Notes under the pieces: generated by a model
What the model was told of the DNA's origin: nothing
The model's input: the letters and a program-made list of their open reading frames with translations, nothing else
Databases searched by the model: none
From: an uncultured Verrucomicrobiae bacterium
GTDB taxonomy: Bacteria > Verrucomicrobiota > Verrucomicrobiia > Chthoniobacterales > Chthoniobacteraceae
Direction: 5' to 3'
Assembly: GCA_963836755.1 (NCBI GenBank)
Contig: CAWIKF010000002.1
Location: 2,144,001 to 2,208,000, forward strand
DNA: 64,000 nucleotides
Position numbers and translations under genes: made by a program
Shown: positions 49,074 to 58,009 of the stretch, one piece after another
Position numbering within the stretch: position 1 is the first letter of the stretch
Layout of the letters: the number at the start of each line of letters is the position of its first letter

Positions 49074-50726
49074 GTGAATTATCAGGTCTTCGCCCGCAAA
49101 TATCGGCCGCAAACTTTCGACGAAGTGGTCGGGCAGGAGCACATCACGCAGACGCTAAAAAATGCGATCGAGCAGAATCGGCTCGCGCACGCGTATTTGT
49201 TCGTCGGCCCGCGCGGCACGGGCAAAACCTCGACGGCGCGCATTCTCGCGAAGGCGCTCAATTGCGAGAAAGGGCCGACGATCACACCGTGCGGCGAGTG
49301 CGCGAGTTGCCGCGAGATCGCAGCCGGCACGAGCTTCAACGTGCTGGAGTTTGACGCCGCATCGAACACGCAGGTCGACAAGGTGCGGGAGCTGATCATC
49401 GACAATGTCAAATACCTGCCGACGTCCGGGAAATACAAAATCTACATCGTGGACGAGGTGCACATGCTCTCCACATCGTCGTTTAACGCTTTGTTGAAAA
49501 CGCTCGAGGAACCGCCCGCGCATGTGATTTTCGTTTTCGCGACGACCGATGTGCAAAAAGTGCCGCTGACGATCCTGAGCCGATGCCAGCGCTTTGACCT
49601 TCGCCGCATACCGGCACCGCTCATCGCGAAGCATCTGCAATACATTGCGAAGAAAGAAAACATCGCGCTCGATGATGAAGCGGCGCAGACGATCGCGCGC
49701 GGCGCGGAGGGTGGTTTGCGCGACGCGGAATCGATGCTCGACCAGCTCGTCGCATTTTGCGGCGACAAAGTTTCGGGCACTGATGTGCTGACCGTTTTCG
49801 GTTTTACCGCGCAACAAACGGTGACGAAACTTTGCGGATGCATTCTCGCTGGAAGTTGCGCCGATGCGCTTGGCGTGGTTCATGAGCAGGCTGAGCAAGG
49901 GCGTGATCTCGGCCGCTTGATGAGCGATTTGATCGGACATCTTCGCGATCTGCTGGTGACGCAGGCGGACCCGGAATGCGTGAAGGCAGACGTGCCGCCG
50001 GAGACGTTTGCGGTGCTCCAGGCGCAGTCAGGCAAAATCGCGATGGACCGCGTGCTGGAGCTGATCGAGCAGTTCGCGGCCGCGGAAGGGCGGATGCGCT
50101 GGGCGCCAAACAAAAAAATGCATTTTGAAATAGCGGTGATCAAAGCGGTGCAAACACTGAGTCAAACGACGTTAAACGAAGTAATTGAAACTTTGACGGC
50201 ATTGCGCGGGGGCGAAGCGCCGCAACCAAAGTTGGCGCGCGTGGAAAAAAAAACTCCTCAGGCCGCTGACAATTCCACCTCTTTCGCTGCTCCATCCCCG
50301 CCGCGAGTTTCGACTACAAAAGAAGAAGCGGCTTCCGTCGAGACAGTTTCCGATGAAGCTTTGTGGCCGGCGTTGCTCCTGGAAATCCGAAACAATCGGC
50401 CGCTCATCAAAAGCTTCATCGAGGCTGGAGCGATGGTTTCACTGACCGCGAGCGAAGCGATCATCGGTTTCCCGCCGGATCAAAAAATGGCCGTGGAATC
50501 GCTCAACCGCAGCAACAACCGAACTTTTCTAGAGGCGCTCCTCGCGCAACTGACAGGTCGTCAACTGGCGTTGCGCTGTGAAATTCGTGAAGGTCTGGTG
50601 GTCACGCCGGTGACTTTGCCTGAGCCTGTCGCGATCGCTCCTGCCGATCCGATGGAGGAGTTTAAAAACGATCCGCTCATTCGCAAGGCGCTGGAGATTT
50701 TCAAAGGCGAGATTCAGCCGGTGTAA
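49074..50726 (+). CDS. dnaX: DNA polymerase III subunit gamma/tau
   Basis: GTG start, [33 protein letters not shown]. Confidence 0.97.
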   Translation: MNYQVFARKYRPQTFDEVVGQEHITQTLKNAIEQNRLAHAYLFVGPRGTGKTSTARILAKALNCEKGPTITPCGECASCREIAAGTSFNVLEFDAASNTQVDKVRELIIDNVKYLPTSGKYKIYIVDEVHMLSTSSFNALLKTLEEPPAHVIFVFATTDVQKVPLTILSRCQRFDLRRIPAPLIAKHLQYIAKKENIALDDEAAQTIARGAEGGLRDAESMLDQLVAFCGDKVSGTDVLTVFGFTAQQTVTKLCGCILAGSCADALGVVHEQAEQGRDLGRLMSDLIGHLRDLLVTQADPECVKADVPPETFAVLQAQSGKIAMDRVLELIEQFAAAEGRMRWAPNKKMHFEIAVIKAVQTLSQTTLNEVIETLTALRGGEAPQPKLARVEKKTPQAADNSTSFAAPSPPRVSTTKEEAASVETVSDEALWPALLLEIRNNRPLIKSFIEAGAMVSLTASEAIIGFPPDQKMAVESLNRSNNRTFLEALLAQLTGRQLALRCEIREGLVVTPVTLPEPVAIAPADPMEEFKNDPLIRKALEIFKGEIQPV

Positions 50727-50755
50727 ACTTTCCGTTAACTTTTCGCTAACAAACT

Positions 50756-51070
50756 ATGAACATTCAAAAAATGATGAAGCAGGCGCAGCAGATGCAGGAA
50801 AAGCTGGCGCAAACCCAGGCGGAGCTCGCCGAAAAAACTGTCGAAGTCACGGCCGGTGGCGGCAAAGTAACCGTGGTCGCAACCGGTGCGGGCGACGTTC
50901 TTTCAATCAAGATCAGCAAGGATGTGGTCGATCCGGACGACGTCGAGATGCTGGAGGATTTAATTTTGAGCGGGGTGACTCAGGCGATTGCGAAAGGGAA
51001 GGAGATGGCGCAGGCCGAGATGGGCAAGATGACTTCAGGCCTCGGATTGCCGCCGGGGCTGGGTTTCTAA
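50756..51070 (+). CDS. ybaB: YbaB/EbfC nucleoid-associated protein
   Basis: MMKQAQQMQ, AGGGKV, DVEMLEDLI. Directly follows dnaX. Confidence 0.93.
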   Translation: MNIQKMMKQAQQMQEKLAQTQAELAEKTVEVTAGGGKVTVVATGAGDVLSIKISKDVVDPDDVEMLEDLILSGVTQAIAKGKEMAQAEMGKMTSGLGLPPGLGF

Positions 51071-51072
51071 AA

Positions 51073-51864
51073 TCAGGGCTTCTGCGAAAGCCAGAGCCAG
51101 TCGCCGTAGCAATCGTTGTAATTGCTGGAGCCGCTGGGGGGGAATTGCGTGCTGCTCGGCGATGGCTTGTTGTATTCCGCGAGCGTGATGTAGCGCGCGG
51201 AGCCGTCAACCATCACGTAAACCGAGCCTGCCTGGTCGCCGGAGCCATAGCCGTCGAGCTTGAGCACACTCTTGTTATCGCCATCAGCGAAGTCCATGTA
51301 GAAATGGTCTTTATTGATTTGATGCATGCCGAGCAGAATCGTTTGACTCGGAGATTGGAATTTATTGATCCGGACGGAAATTGCGCCGGTGGTTTTGTCT
51401 CCCAGGTCATTGTATCCGTTCATGGTCCAGCTGGTATGGTTGGGAGCGTTGGAGACCAAATAAGTTGCAAGCGCCGCTCCCGTCATCGTTTGGGGATGAT
51501 TCGGATCGTTATTGCAGTAACCGGGCGCAAGGTAGATGCGGACGTCTTTGATGTAATCCGTGTTGGCATTATACGTCTGCACTCCGCTTGTCGGATCGGT
51601 TTGGTAACCGGCGAGGATTGCGGGCCATTTGTCTACATTCCCTTTCGTGCCGTCCTGCACTCGACCGGGAATGTTGTAGTCGTGGTCGCCGGCGTAAACG
51701 GTGAACGCGAGTCCGACCTGCCGCACGTTGCTCATGCCAGCGGTGCGGTCGCGCATTTTTCCGACGGAGCCCATCGCGGTAAAAAGCAGACCGGCGAGGA
51801 TCGCGATGATCGTGATCACGACCAGTAATTCAATGAGTGTAAACGCGCTTGTCCTGTTTTTCAT
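51073..51864 (-). CDS. Prepilin-type N-terminal cleavage/methylation protein (PVC DUF1559-like)
   Basis: AFTLIELLVVITIIAILAGLL, SNVRQVG, C-terminal VYVMVDGSA. Confidence 0.85.
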   Translation of the reverse strand: MKNRTSAFTLIELLVVITIIAILAGLLFTAMGSVGKMRDRTAGMSNVRQVGLAFTVYAGDHDYNIPGRVQDGTKGNVDKWPAILAGYQTDPTSGVQTYNANTDYIKDVRIYLAPGYCNNDPNHPQTMTGAALATYLVSNAPNHTSWTMNGYNDLGDKTTGAISVRINKFQSPSQTILLGMHQINKDHFYMDFADGDNKSVLKLDGYGSGDQAGSVYVMVDGSARYITLAEYNKPSPSSTQFPPSGSSNYNDCYGDWLWLSQKP

Positions 51865-52125
51865 GGGGTTGGAAAAAAGTAACCCATCTCGAAGATTCTG
51901 CCAAACTTGAATTCGCTCCACGACCTGCACGCCTAAATTTTAACGCCAACGCATGCGAAATCGCTGCGCGAAATGTGGCAAACCACACGCGCTGCTCGAT
52001 GACAGCGCGGCAATTTTCATTTGCCGGAGATGCGGGTCGCGACTAATAGTTTGCTCCCTCCAAGGCCGGATTTTTATGTCAAGTGATGCTATAGACGCCA
52101 TGAAAGGCGAAGTTTTCGCGCCCGC

Positions 52126-53979
52126 ATGAGCGAATCGAAAGGCCTTGCGCTCGCATGGCAGCAGAACGTGGTTTTTCGGTTCTTCGCGTCGCTGCGCCTC
52201 GCGATGCTTTTGCTAGGCGTCCTTATCGTGGCGACGGTCGCAGGCACGATCTACGAGTCGAGTTTTGATGCGAAAGTCGCCCGCGCCTATGTGTATGGCG
52301 CATCTTGGTTTAACATCTGGCTGCTGTTGCTCGCGCTGAATCTGACTGCGTCGGCATTGTCGCGAATGCCATGGAAAAGGCACCACACCGGGTTTCTCAT
52401 CACGCACTTAGGGATCATCATTCTGCTGATCGGCTCCTTCATTGGTCACATCTTCGGAGTCGAGGGCTCAATGACTCTTTTTAAAGGCGAACCGCCGCGG
52501 AACTTGCTTACAATGGATGAGCGCGTCCTGCAGATCGCTGAGAACGAAACTTCTGCACAGGTGGTGCCACTGGAATTTCTCAACCGCAAGCCTACTGCTG
52601 AACATCCGCGTCAGCTTGTGACAACTCCGTCAGGCTGGAGCTACCAAGCGATCGGTTATTCCTCTTCGCTGGAAGTCAAGACTGAGGCGCAGCCAGCCGC
52701 AAAAGATGGAGTGCCAGCAGTGCACATCATTCTCTCAACAGCGATGATGGGGCAGAAACTCGACTCATGGTTGATCGATGATGATGTCCACGGGACTTTT
52801 GACCTAGGTCTCGCGTCCCTTTCCTTGAAAAAAGGAACGGCGCCAGCCTCCTCGCTCCCAAAGACCGATGCGGTGGACATCGAAGAAAGTATCTTCGCCT
52901 TTGCAAATTCGCCAGCTGATCAGGTAGCCAAATCGCTGCAAGGCGGTAGCACCGGAGCAAAGGTCAAATTGATCGATGTAGCAAAGGGCAATTCTGGCAA
53001 AGTAGTGGTCCAGATCGGCACCGAGACGCAAAGCTTCGAGATAAGTCAATCGATGGGCAAGACCGCAAAGGTCGGCAGCTCGCCCTATAGCTTGACGATC
53101 GATCAATACTGGCCTGACTTTAGGATCAAGGACGGAAAGCCACTAACCCTCAGTGACCAACCGAACAACCCATGCATCCTTGTAACTCTACGAGGCCATG
53201 CGGTTCCTACACAACCCGTGGAAGATGAACATGCCACCGCAAAAAACTTTGTCGACATCTACCGCGATGATTCGGGTAAGTTGAGCTTCACCTTGTCGTC
53301 GCGCAAAGGCGGGGTGAGTCATGGAAGCTTGGAAGCAGGCAAGCCATTGGTGACAGGTTGGGCGGACTGGCAATTAGTCGTCGATCAAAACATCCCAAGC
53401 GCCATCTCCCACTTTGTCGCTCATCCCGCACCGAACGGAAAAGCAGAGGGGGTTCTAGTTCGGGCGAGTCACGCCGCAACCAGCGTGGAGCAATGGGTTC
53501 CCTTTGGCTGGCAGATCGCGATGCCGACTTCTCCCACTCCGATGGAAGTAGGTTATGGACTAAAGCAAAAGCCGTTGCCGATAAGTCTCCAACTGATGGA
53601 TTTCCAGGTGGAGCGCAATGAAGGCAGTGACTCACCCGCCGGCTTCAAGAGCACTCTCGAGATTACCAGCCAGGACGGCACCGTCGAGCATGGCCAGTGC
53701 TGGATGAACAATCCCATCAGCTTCCCCTCCTCATTGTTCAATACATTCACCGGATTGACCTATAAAATTTCGCAAGCTTCGTGGAACCCGGAGAACCTCT
53801 CCCAAAGCAGCGTGCAAATCTTACGAGACCCGGGCTGGGGCTTAAAATGGATCGGGTCGCTGCTCATCGTCGCAGGCATTTTCAATCTCTTTTATCTGCG
53901 GCCATATCCGAACGATATCAATCCGGCCGCACAAACTCGCGAGAGGGTTTCTTCCAAGCACGAGACTGTAGAAGTATGA
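52126..53979 (+). CDS. Cytochrome c biogenesis protein ResB/Ccs1 (system II)
   Basis: FASLRLA, THLGIIILLIG, large periplasmic region, MNNP...YKISQAS, DPG plus TM helix. Confidence 0.85.
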   Translation: MSESKGLALAWQQNVVFRFFASLRLAMLLLGVLIVATVAGTIYESSFDAKVARAYVYGASWFNIWLLLLALNLTASALSRMPWKRHHTGFLITHLGIIILLIGSFIGHIFGVEGSMTLFKGEPPRNLLTMDERVLQIAENETSAQVVPLEFLNRKPTAEHPRQLVTTPSGWSYQAIGYSSSLEVKTEAQPAAKDGVPAVHIILSTAMMGQKLDSWLIDDDVHGTFDLGLASLSLKKGTAPASSLPKTDAVDIEESIFAFANSPADQVAKSLQGGSTGAKVKLIDVAKGNSGKVVVQIGTETQSFEISQSMGKTAKVGSSPYSLTIDQYWPDFRIKDGKPLTLSDQPNNPCILVTLRGHAVPTQPVEDEHATAKNFVDIYRDDSGKLSFTLSSRKGGVSHGSLEAGKPLVTGWADWQLVVDQNIPSAISHFVAHPAPNGKAEGVLVRASHAATSVEQWVPFGWQIAMPTSPTPMEVGYGLKQKPLPISLQLMDFQVERNEGSDSPAGFKSTLEITSQDGTVEHGQCWMNNPISFPSSLFNTFTGLTYKISQASWNPENLSQSSVQILRDPGWGLKWIGSLLIVAGIFNLFYLRPYPNDINPAAQTRERVSSKHETVEV

Positions 53980-55664
53980 CAATGATCAAACGTATTTTTC
54001 TCGCGCTGTTTCTTTTGTTTGTCACGACTCATGCCGTCTTGGCGGAAACGCTCGATTTTAATCAATGGGGACTACTAGCCATTCAAGACGGCGGCCGCCG
54101 CAAGCCTATCGATACTTTTTCCAAGGAAACCATCCTCCGGCTCACTGGAAAAAGCACCTATCTCAGCGGCACCACCACATGGACAGCGGACGACATCATC
54201 CTATCGATGCTATTGGAGACGCACGACTGGAAGAAGGAACCGATGATTCTCATCGGCTACAAGCCTTTGGTAGAAGAGATAGGCCTGGACGCTACGAGGA
54301 AGCTATTTTCCTTCACCGAAATCACGGCGGCTAACAAGCTTCTCGACATTGTGCGCAATGCGCAGGAAACGGAAAAGGCTGGGAAGGAAGTGCCGCGAAA
54401 TTTGAAGGAAGCTGAAAACGTGATGAACCGGCTCGAGTTATTCAACAAAGCTATCACGGGAGCAGCCTTCACGATCATTCCTCCGCGTCAGGAAGGCCGG
54501 TGGATGACACCTACTGAAATCGGCGACAGTTTCGGCGAAGATGTCGCGCGACCGGCGATGGACCAGCTTCGCGCTGTGGCAAACGCCTACGTCTCGCGCG
54601 ACAACTTTAACTTCAATGTCCACTCGAGCCAGCTTCGCCAGGCGTTGCGCCAGTTAAACCCTTCTCTCTATCCGAGCGATTCGAGCCTTAAGCTAGAGTA
54701 TTTCTACAATCATCTCAGCCCGTTTGATTGGGCAGTATTATTCTATGCTCTCGCCCTGCTCTGCCTCTGGATCGTGAATAGTTCACCGTCCTTCACGACT
54801 GTGCGCTATGCCGGACTTGCATTCGCAATCACTGGCGTCCTCTTTCACAGCGGGGGCATCGCCTTGCGTTGCATCATCGCCGGCAGACCACCTGTCACCA
54901 ACATGTTCGAGTCGGTGGTCTGGGTTTCCTTTGCAGTCATGGCTTTCGGCTTCGCCTTTTTTCTTCGCTATCGCACTTTGACTTACCTTCTTGCCGCGCT
55001 CCCGGTAAGTTTGCTTTGCCTTTTTGTAGTGCGGCAACTACCGGTCGCCATGCCGGAAAACATTGATCCGCTCGTGCCGGTGCTCCGGAGTAATTTCTGG
55101 CTGACCATTCACGTGCTGACGATCGCTTCAAGCTATGCCGCCTTCGGGCTGGCAATGGGCTTCGGACATATCGTCCTGTATCGATTCATCAAAAATCCGC
55201 AGGTCGCTGCGAACAACCAGACTCTGCACTTCTGGCTTTACCGAGTGCTGCAACTCGGAGTCCTTCTTCTCGCCGCCGGCACGATTCTCGGCGGAGTCTG
55301 GGCCAACTACAGCTGGGGGCGTTTCTGGGGTTGGGATCCAAAGGAGACTTGGGCATTGATTGCGCTGCTCTGCTACCTTTTCGTCCTTCACGGACGCATC
55401 GCTGGATGGTGGGATCAATTTGGTCTGGCGGTTTCAAGTGTCGTCTGCTTTTGCGCGGTTCTCATGACTTGGTATGGAGTCAATTTCATCCTCGGAAAAG
55501 GTCTGCATAGTTATGGCTTTGGCATTGGTGGCGAACGCTATGTCTATACCTTTGTTGCGCTGGACATGGCGTATGTCGGACTGGCATGCATCCGTTATCA
55601 TAAAGCAGGCAGGCCGCCGAAGTTCCCGCCGTTGCAAGGCGGTGAAATCGCCTTGGATCGCTAA
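53976..55664 (+). CDS. ccsA: Cytochrome c biogenesis protein CcsA/ResC
   Basis: WWD motif WGRFWGWDPKETW, WLTIHV, GLHSY. ATGA overlap with the ResB gene. Confidence 0.93.
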   Translation: MTMIKRIFLALFLLFVTTHAVLAETLDFNQWGLLAIQDGGRRKPIDTFSKETILRLTGKSTYLSGTTTWTADDIILSMLLETHDWKKEPMILIGYKPLVEEIGLDATRKLFSFTEITAANKLLDIVRNAQETEKAGKEVPRNLKEAENVMNRLELFNKAITGAAFTIIPPRQEGRWMTPTEIGDSFGEDVARPAMDQLRAVANAYVSRDNFNFNVHSSQLRQALRQLNPSLYPSDSSLKLEYFYNHLSPFDWAVLFYALALLCLWIVNSSPSFTTVRYAGLAFAITGVLFHSGGIALRCIIAGRPPVTNMFESVVWVSFAVMAFGFAFFLRYRTLTYLLAALPVSLLCLFVVRQLPVAMPENIDPLVPVLRSNFWLTIHVLTIASSYAAFGLAMGFGHIVLYRFIKNPQVAANNQTLHFWLYRVLQLGVLLLAAGTILGGVWANYSWGRFWGWDPKETWALIALLCYLFVLHGRIAGWWDQFGLAVSSVVCFCAVLMTWYGVNFILGKGLHSYGFGIGGERYVYTFVALDMAYVGLACIRYHKAGRPPKFPPLQGGEIALDR

Positions 55665-55679
55665 CAGAGCGCCGCGCCC

Positions 55680-56852
55680 TTAGATCGTATCGGGGTCGGA
55701 GACGAAACAGCGAGCCCAGACTGCGCGCATCGCAGCGGTCATGGACTTCGTAGAACTTTCCTTCTTCCCGCGCCGCCGCCTTGGGGCCGGACGATCCTTC
55801 AGTTCTTCCTGAAGCCGTTCGATGATGCCGCGCAGCAATTCGTTGTCCTGAACCAGTTCTGTCTGCGACGCCGAATCGCGCAGCGCCGAGAGCTTCAGTT
55901 GCAATTCGACTGTCTCGCGGCGAAGCAAATCGCGCTCCATTGCAGCAATGTGAAGTTTTTCCCGCGTGTCGTTGAGGACAGTTTGCACATCACGCAGCTC
56001 GGTTTCTACCCGCTGCCGCGCGGCTTTGGCGCTGAGCAAATCGGAAAGCTCATGATCCAGGCGCACCGCCTCAGCGAGGTGATCGCGCTCCTCCTTCGTC
56101 ACGGAAAAGCTAGTTTGCAAATGGCGAAACTCCGCACGCACGTCGACCAGTTCGGACGAGAGCTGCGCGTTTTCGGCCTGCAGCTCCCCAGACTCTTTCT
56201 GCGAGAGCTCCAGCTCATGCCGCACACGCTGCAAAATGATGTCGAGCTCGTTGCGCTCGCCGTGCGCGAGGTCGAGCTCCGTGCCGAGATCAGCCAGCGC
56301 CGCGCTTTTCTGGGCGAAATCGACGAGCAGGCTGTTGCGCTCCGCGTGCGCGACTTCCAACTGCTTTTGCTTTTGTGAAAGTTCCAGCTCGAGTTGTTGC
56401 GCGAAAACGTCGAGGCGATCGCGTTCCGCCGACATTTCTGTAAGCCGGTGCAATGCGTCCGCGGCCGCGGTTTGTGCCTGACGCAACTGAATGATCAGCG
56501 ACTCGCGTCCAGCCCGCTCCGTCGAGATTTCGAGCATCGAATTTTCCTGCTCGGTCTTCAGCACACGAAGTTCCTGCAGACTTTCCGCCAGCGCGATCTG
56601 CCGCTGCTCCGATTCGCGCTGCGTCTCAGCCAGCTCGGTTTTGGCGTTGTAAAGTTGGCGCTCGAGGTCGCTGGCGCGGTTGATCCACTTCGAAAGCTTC
56701 CTGCTTTCCTGAGCCTCGAGCTCGCCGCGCACCAGGAACGGGATTTGCAACGGGTGCGAGCAATGCGGACAATCGATTGTCAAGCCACCGCCCGTCTCCT
56801 CCACCACCAGCGGCTGCGCGCATGCGGGGCAATTGAAATGAACGTCCGACAT
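55680..56852 (-). CDS. Zinc-ribbon plus long coiled-coil protein
   Basis: CPAC...CPHC N-terminus, about 300 aa of E/L/Q/R heptads, basic tail. Confidence 0.8.
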   Translation of the reverse strand: MSDVHFNCPACAQPLVVEETGGGLTIDCPHCSHPLQIPFLVRGELEAQESRKLSKWINRASDLERQLYNAKTELAETQRESEQRQIALAESLQELRVLKTEQENSMLEISTERAGRESLIIQLRQAQTAAADALHRLTEMSAERDRLDVFAQQLELELSQKQKQLEVAHAERNSLLVDFAQKSAALADLGTELDLAHGERNELDIILQRVRHELELSQKESGELQAENAQLSSELVDVRAEFRHLQTSFSVTKEERDHLAEAVRLDHELSDLLSAKAARQRVETELRDVQTVLNDTREKLHIAAMERDLLRRETVELQLKLSALRDSASQTELVQDNELLRGIIERLQEELKDRPAPRRRRGKKESSTKSMTAAMRAVWARCFVSDPDTI

Positions 56853-56921
56853 GGCCGTGGGATAAAGCCACATTCATTCCCGAAAAGCAACATTTTTCGT
56901 CCCGGAACGACACCGAGAAAT

Positions 56922-56949
56922 TTGACAGCGGCCATTGCATTGCTACCCT
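56922..56949 (+). promoter_or_regulatory. Probable promoter for ridA-pyrE (near-leaderless transcript)
   Basis: TTGACA-N16-TACCCT, 8 nt before the ATG. Confidence 0.6.
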
Positions 56950-56957
56950 CGCCGCAC

Positions 56958-57401
56958 ATGAAAAAAGTCATCGCCACGGTCGAGGCACCGAAGGCTGTCG
57001 GCCCATATTCGCAGGCGATCGCCATCGAAGGACTGCTCTTCTGCGCCGGTCAAATCCCGCTCGTCCCAACGACTGGTGAGCTCGTCGCCGCCGACGTCAC
57101 CGCGCAAACAACGCAGGTTTTGGAAAATCTCGGCGCCGTGCTACGCGCGAATGGAATGACTTACGCGAACGTCGTTAAAACGACTGTTTTTCTCACCGAC
57201 CTCGCCGACTTTGCCGCCATGAATGATGTTTACCGGATTTATTTTCCGGAACAGCCGCCGGCGCGTTCCACCATTCAAGTCGCGGCGCTTCCGAAAAATG
57301 CACAGGTCGAAATCGAAGCCATCGCCGCGGTCGGAATGGCACCGAAGTCGGAGTCAATGTTCGGCGCACCGACGGACATCTCGCCTGCCTCGCCGTTGTG
57401 A
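56958..57401 (+). CDS. ridA: RidA/YjgF enamine deaminase
   Basis: APKAVGPYSQA, GQIP, PARSTIQVAALP, VEIEAIA. Confidence 0.93.
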   Translation: MKKVIATVEAPKAVGPYSQAIAIEGLLFCAGQIPLVPTTGELVAADVTAQTTQVLENLGAVLRANGMTYANVVKTTVFLTDLADFAAMNDVYRIYFPEQPPARSTIQVAALPKNAQVEIEAIAAVGMAPKSESMFGAPTDISPASPL

Positions 57402-57967
57402 CGCAGGACGAAATTGCCGCGCTTTTTCGCGAGACGAACGCTTTGCTCGACGGGCATTTCGTTCTCCGGTCCGGCTTGCACAGCCGACAGTTTTTTCAAT
57501 GTGCGATACTTTTGCAGCATACTCGCATCGCCGAGCGCGTTTGCGCAGAGCTCGCTGAAAAATTGCGCGGCGTCGATTGTGACAGCGTGATTTCACCTGC
57601 GCTCGGCGGCATCATCGTCGGTCACGAAGTCGCGCGCACACTCGGCAGGCGCCACATCTTTGCGGAAAAAGAAGACGGCAAACTTGTGCTGCGTCGCGGA
57701 TTTGAAATCGGCCCGGGCGAAAAATTCGTCGTCGCCGAAGACGTCGTCACTCGCGGCGGCCGCGTGCAGGAGACGATTGACATCGTCCGCGCACACGGCG
57801 GCGTGGTGACCGCGGTCGGCGTGCTGGTGGATCGCAGCGGCGGGAATTCTCCGGACTTCGGCTGCCCGTTCGTTTCGCTTGTTCAACTCAATGTTGAGAC
57901 CTTCGCGGCGGATCAGCTTCCGCCCGATCTCGCTGGCACTCCCGCGATCAAGCCCGGCAGCAAATAA
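57398..57967 (+). CDS. pyrE: Orotate phosphoribosyltransferase
   Basis: GHFVLRSGLHS, VAEDVVTRGG, VDRS. Confidence 0.94.
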   Translation: MTQDEIAALFRETNALLDGHFVLRSGLHSRQFFQCAILLQHTRIAERVCAELAEKLRGVDCDSVISPALGGIIVGHEVARTLGRRHIFAEKEDGKLVLRRGFEIGPGEKFVVAEDVVTRGGRVQETIDIVRAHGGVVTAVGVLVDRSGGNSPDFGCPFVSLVQLNVETFAADQLPPDLAGTPAIKPGSK

Positions 57968-58009
57968 GAAATCAGCAATGGCGCGTCGCCGCCATCTAGC
58001 CTACAAGCC

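Noticed and set aside
51976..52030. c-di-GMP-I riboswitch suggested by GGCAAACC
   Set aside because: The following GAAA tetraloop stem and GACGCAAAG elements are absent.
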